The notes under the pieces: model-generated
What the model was told of the DNA's origin: nothing
What the model saw: only the letters and a program-made list of their open reading frames with translations
Database searches by the model: none
Position numbers and translations under genes: made by a program
In this document: piece by piece, positions 60,198 through 64,000 of the stretch
Position numbering within the stretch: the stretch's first letter is position 1
Layout of the letters: every line of letters begins with the position of its first letter
Assembly: GCA_963848965.1 (NCBI GenBank)
Contig: CAWKFG010000004.1
Span: 32,001 to 96,000, forward strand
Length of the DNA stretch: 64,000 nucleotides
Direction of reading: 5' to 3'
Source of the DNA: an uncultured bacterium
Lineage (GTDB): Bacteria > Babelota > Babeliae > Babelales > Babelaceae

Positions 60198-60335
60198 TTA
60201 TTCTACCCATGTTGGTCTAAAGAGCTCAGATTTTTTATTTGAGAAAACTCCGCGAGTAAGCTTTGATGCAAGACCTATCTCACGAAGAGCTATTTTTTCG
60301 CTAGTTTTCTTAATAGTATTAAAAGCTTTTTGCAT
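60198..60335 (-). CDS. Lasso peptide precursor A6: MQKAFNTIKKTSEKIALREIGLASKLTR|GVFSNKKSELFRPTWVE
   Basis: Manual translation; IGLASKLT leader end; Gly1, Glu9; immediately divergent from lasso B. Confidence 0.88.
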   Translation of the reverse strand: MQKAFNTIKKTSEKIALREIGLASKLTRGVFSNKKSELFRPTWVE

Positions 60336-60516
60336 GATATATTTCTCTAAATTAGATAAATTAAAAACAATTTACAATCAAATAATAACAAGCTTAAAAA
60401 ATAAATCAAGTGGTGCTGTAAAGATAAATTTATGGATATTAAATGACTAATAATTTTAAATAAATAGTATTTGTCGGATGTATAGCGACTGTCTTTTTAT
60501 GTAAACAAAGAGTTCT

Positions 60517-60639
60517 AGTAAAATGCAGCAGTTCTTACTATTATACTATGTAAATTAATTATATATCTGAGATGAAATATTCTTAAAGCATAATACACTT
60601 AACTTGACATTTAAAAAACTTAAAGCATACTAGAAAAAA
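60517..60639 (+). promoter_or_regulatory. Promoter block upstream of lasso B/C (second copy of 53466..53588)
   Basis: TTGACA 60604-60609, CATACT 60626-60631; direct repeat CTTAAAGCATA. Confidence 0.6.
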
Positions 60640-60679
60640 AGAAACTTAAATAAATTGTAAGATTACACAGGACAATGTT

Positions 60680-61429
60680 ATGTTTTTTCGCTTACAATCC
60701 CCTATTTATGCAACACACTGTGATAGCGGAATTATTATTTTAGATTTAAAGCAAGATAAATACTTTAGCCTTACTGATGAGGCTGTTCACTTTCTTACTG
60801 AAATATTAAAAAGAGAATTTGTTCTTAAAGACGCTCATTATATCCCTTGTGATGAAACAGTGCCTGATGAAGAACATATATTTGATTCTTGGATACACTA
60901 TTTTTTAGAAGAAGGATTTATTGAGCCTAGCAATCAGAAAGATGTCTCTAAGCCATTAAGGACAGCCTTAGTATCAGGCGGTCTTGCAGATTACCAATGG
61001 GATACTAAAGATAAACTTTCCTCTTTTTCTCAGTCACCTAAGCTTTTAGTAATGCAATTATTTTTCCTCGTAATGCGCGTAGATTTTATTTTAAAACGCA
61101 AGGGAATACAAGGAATCTTAGATAAAATAAATGTATATAAACGCAAGCATAAGGTATACAAAGAACCAACTCAAAGTGATATAGAAGCGCTTTCTGCTGC
61201 ACTTGATGTCGCTTGCTCTCTGTACCCAAAAAAAATGTATTGCCTTGCATGGGCATCATCATTTGTCTTAATAGCTCTTAAAAAAGGGCTAAAGTGTAAT
61301 CTTGTTATTGGCGTACAATCACCTCCCTTTTATGCTCACGCATGGGCTCAAGTAGGAGAAACGGTTATTAATGATGCAACCATAGTAAAAGAACGTCTTT
61401 CAATCCTCTTAAAGGAACCATTTAGTTAA
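60680..61429 (+). CDS. Lasso peptide biosynthesis B protein (fused RRE + transglutaminase-like leader peptidase)
   Basis: N-terminal IILDLKQDKYFSL (RRE/PqqD-like); C-terminal YCLAWAS...LVIGVQSPPFYAHAWAQ....IND with Cys-His-Asp triad. Confidence 0.9.
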   Translation: MFFRLQSPIYATHCDSGIIILDLKQDKYFSLTDEAVHFLTEILKREFVLKDAHYIPCDETVPDEEHIFDSWIHYFLEEGFIEPSNQKDVSKPLRTALVSGGLADYQWDTKDKLSSFSQSPKLLVMQLFFLVMRVDFILKRKGIQGILDKINVYKRKHKVYKEPTQSDIEALSAALDVACSLYPKKMYCLAWASSFVLIALKKGLKCNLVIGVQSPPFYAHAWAQVGETVINDATIVKERLSILLKEPFS

Positions 61430-61438
61430 GGAATAGCT

Positions 61439-63241
61439 ATGCCTCTTATTGCCGGTGCTCTTTTAAAGCATCCTTCTACGCACCTTACTGATAAACTTAT
61501 ACATTACACAAAAAAAATACTTACAGAAGAATCGTATACTATTAATCAGCAGCCCTATGCACTCATTATAGGTGGAAAAAGAGCAGAAGAATCATCTTTA
61601 GAACAGGTTCAAGTACTTCCTCATAATGAGGGAATTATGGTTGGCAGACTCTTTGATAAAGTTACTTACAAGCCCTGCTATGCGCAAGGAGCAAGCTCTA
61701 TCGTGCATACAAAAGGAAAGTCTTTGAGCGACCGCTATTGGGGACGGTATATTCTTGCTCTTTTAGATACCTCTCATAGATCTATTACTCTTTTTAGAGA
61801 TCCACAAGGCCTTTCATCGCTCTTTATTATTGAGATACCCGAAGGAATTTTTTTTGCGTCTGAGATTTCAGTTCTGTATGATATCCTTGAGATAAAGCCA
61901 GAACTTGATTGGACCTATTTAACTTCATATGTTTCTGGTGCCCACAATATTACTTATAGAACACCTTTTCATGGCATTACAGAGCTCTTTCCAGGATATG
62001 GAGTAACCCTTTCACCTAAGGGAATCGAAACTCCATTTCTTTTTTGGGATCCTACTGAGCTTTCGTCTCAATGTAAAACTGAACAAGAATATGAAGATAA
62101 GCTCATTGCAACATTTTCTTCTTGTACACAAGCTTGGACACAAGGAGTTTCAGGTATAGGAGTTGAATTTTCCGGAGGTATTGATTCTTCATCAGTGCTT
62201 ATGATGCTCAAAAAAGTGGCATTACCAGAGCAGCGTATTGTTGGATTTAATTTTTTCCATCCTGCCGTTGCTTCATCTGATGAGCGGGAACATGCAAAGA
62301 AAGTTGCTACTGCTTGCCAAGTAGATGTTGATTATATAAATTTACAAGATTATGCATATTTAAACTTTCAAACGGTTGAAAGATTTGATAAGCCCTCCTC
62401 TTTCTTGCTCGATCTGGGATGGAATAAAGAAATGGCGCGGAGAATACAAAGCTATGGAGATCTTGAAATCATGTGTGGCCAAGGAGGCGACCATCTTTTT
62501 ATGGCACCACCTCCAGTAGAATCAATTGCCGATTATCTAATTTTACAAGGCTTTAGGGGCATCACTCCTAAAATTAAAGATATAAGCGCTTACTATCGTA
62601 TGCCATTGCTTAGTGTTTTATCAAAAAATCTTTCTTCATTTGTTCACTATAAGCGAGGAAACCTTAAGCATATAGAATTGCTCTATGAACCAACCAATTG
62701 GATGAATCAGTCATTTAAAGAAAAACTTAATAAAGACATATTCCAAGTTCCTTTTTGGCATAAGCTTAAGAATCTTCCTCCTGCTAAAGTGCAGCATATC
62801 TTTGCTCTGTATCAAGCAACTCTCTATATAGATAGAGGGCACAGAATAGCACATAAGCCAGTTATTAACCCACTTCTCTCTCAACCTCTTGTTGAGCTCG
62901 CTCTTGCAGTACCTACCTATCAACTATATGGAAATGGTTATGATAGAGTACAGTTTAGAAAAGCAATGTACCAATTTACAAAACACGATTACATATGGCG
63001 TAAAACTAAAGGCGAAACGAGCGGCATACTTATGATTGCCTTTAACCGTCAAATTAAAGAAATCACTGAATATCTCTTAGAAGGTAAGTTTGCTCAAGAA
63101 AAATTGGTAGATAAAAATCTTCTTTACAATCATATCCAAGATATAAGGCATGGAAAAAACGATAACATATGGGCTATTATTAACCTTCTTGCTGCAGAGC
63201 TTTGGCTTCATTCATGGGATACTACAACGCGTAAAGAGTAA
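61439..63241 (+). CDS. Lasso peptide cyclase C (asparagine-synthetase-like isopeptide bond synthetase)
   Basis: YWGRY, RDPQG, EFSGGIDSS, SSDER, GQGGDHLF, NPLLSQPLVELAL, WRKTKG; lacks the N-terminal Cys of a glutaminase-active AsnB. Confidence 0.9.
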   Translation: MPLIAGALLKHPSTHLTDKLIHYTKKILTEESYTINQQPYALIIGGKRAEESSLEQVQVLPHNEGIMVGRLFDKVTYKPCYAQGASSIVHTKGKSLSDRYWGRYILALLDTSHRSITLFRDPQGLSSLFIIEIPEGIFFASEISVLYDILEIKPELDWTYLTSYVSGAHNITYRTPFHGITELFPGYGVTLSPKGIETPFLFWDPTELSSQCKTEQEYEDKLIATFSSCTQAWTQGVSGIGVEFSGGIDSSSVLMMLKKVALPEQRIVGFNFFHPAVASSDEREHAKKVATACQVDVDYINLQDYAYLNFQTVERFDKPSSFLLDLGWNKEMARRIQSYGDLEIMCGQGGDHLFMAPPPVESIADYLILQGFRGITPKIKDISAYYRMPLLSVLSKNLSSFVHYKRGNLKHIELLYEPTNWMNQSFKEKLNKDIFQVPFWHKLKNLPPAKVQHIFALYQATLYIDRGHRIAHKPVINPLLSQPLVELALAVPTYQLYGNGYDRVQFRKAMYQFTKHDYIWRKTKGETSGILMIAFNRQIKEITEYLLEGKFAQEKLVDKNLLYNHIQDIRHGKNDNIWAIINLLAAELWLHSWDTTTRKE

Positions 63242-63346
63242 TATACCCTAAGAAAGATCTTATAACATAAGAGAGAGTTATTTTAGAAGACTACTAGCCG
63301 AGTACCGAGTCTCAATAAATACTTACTTAAATAGATGTGGGAGAAA

Positions 63347-64000
63347 ATGAAAATTATATATACACTTATCTTACTTTTAGGTACTGCTTTATTCAAAACA
63401 GTTGCACCAATGGAAGATATTCAAAGAGTACATACTCCTCACACGAAAAGTTTTGTATATCTCATAAGCGCAGAAAACGATACAATTGTTTTACGCTCTC
63501 AGCTCCTCTCTCCAGAAGCTTTACAAAAAAAGGATTCTTCTAATACTATCGACTGTAGATCATACCCTACAGAAGTAATAGAGCTAGCATGCAAAATTCT
63601 TGAATCGAAAGACCAAGACACCTCTCAGCTTATCAATAACTACCTTGTAGCAGGATACTTAAAAAAATTAAAACAAAGTATCTTAAAACAGCCAACAATA
63701 AACCTTCTACAAAAGGTTCATAATCTTTTAGATATCTTACGATCCTTAAAAGCAAGTCAAAAATGTTTGAAAACTACTTTACGATTTTGCTTGAATAACG
63801 AGTATGTTCAAAAGGCTATAACAAACAAACCTTTTGTATACTTAGAAAGTACTGAAGGAAAACTACTGCCTCTTCCTTTTCAATTCCTTCCTCAAGATTT
63901 CATTCAAAGACTTTGGCATTCAAACCTAGATTTTATTGATAATGATATCATTATCGATTGCAGCGCCTACTCGTTGCATAATCTAGAGCTTGCATGCGAG
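63347..64000 (+). CDS. Signal-peptide protein paralogous to the N-terminus of 53991; runs off the window end
   Basis: Manual translation MKIIYTLILLLGTALFKTVAP|MED...ELACKILESK...LINNYLVAGYL...CLNNEYVQKAIT.K.FVYLESTEG...NLDFIDNDIIIDC, collinear with 53991. Confidence 0.85.
   Translation, partial: MKIIYTLILLLGTALFKTVAPMEDIQRVHTPHTKSFVYLISAENDTIVLRSQLLSPEALQKKDSSNTIDCRSYPTEVIELACKILESKDQDTSQLINNYLVAGYLKKLKQSILKQPTINLLQKVHNLLDILRSLKASQKCLKTTLRFCLNNEYVQKAITNKPFVYLESTEGKLLPLPFQFLPQDFIQRLWHSNLDFIDNDIIIDCSAYSLHNLELACE

Noticed and set aside
61439..63241. Asparagine synthetase AsnB
   Set aside because: No N-terminal catalytic Cys, lasso-type PLLSQP motif, and adjacent B gene and precursors indicate a lasso cyclase
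63337..63543. ORF-track 68-aa ORF
   Set aside because: Wrong frame; the real gene starts at 63347 and is paralogous to 53991

Overview
AT-rich bacterial chromosomal window. The gene content most resembles a protist-parasitic Candidatus Babelota (Dependentiae/TM6) genome; this is inferred from the many signal-peptide ankyrin/LRR/F-box proteins and a lineage-type Cys-rich beta-barrel family, not from a marker-gene search. Positions 1-50 kb hold housekeeping genes (maf, tRNA-Gln, spoVG, rsmH, murF, ftsK, uppP, acpP, fabD-like, gltX, rpmF, dprA, gyrA, lepA, grpE) mixed with effector-like genes, a four-gene tandem array of Cys-rich outer-membrane-like proteins and a 383-bp highly branched inverted-repeat element at a local GC-skew switch. 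The main find is a lasso-peptide (RiPP) island at about 50.9-63.2 kb. It has a fused RRE-peptidase B gene, a lasso cyclase C gene and a dispersed precursor array, most of which the ORF track misses. I read six open precursor frames and four decayed copies. The open frames share a G-x-A-x-x-L-T-x|G leader end and a Glu at core position 8 or 9. The precursors are interleaved with secreted effector-like genes (Skp1/BTB-like + MutS-like ATPase, LRR), a duplicated promoter block, an IS5-family element and a TnpB remnant. Other notable patterns are a conserved Met at +1 after the signal peptide in 13 effector-like proteins, a mitochondrial GUF1-like LepA, a FabD lacking its catalytic Ser, a vanadium haloperoxidase-like gene and a sulfotransferase-GT32-sulfotransferase cluster. 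All calls are by eye; no searches were run.
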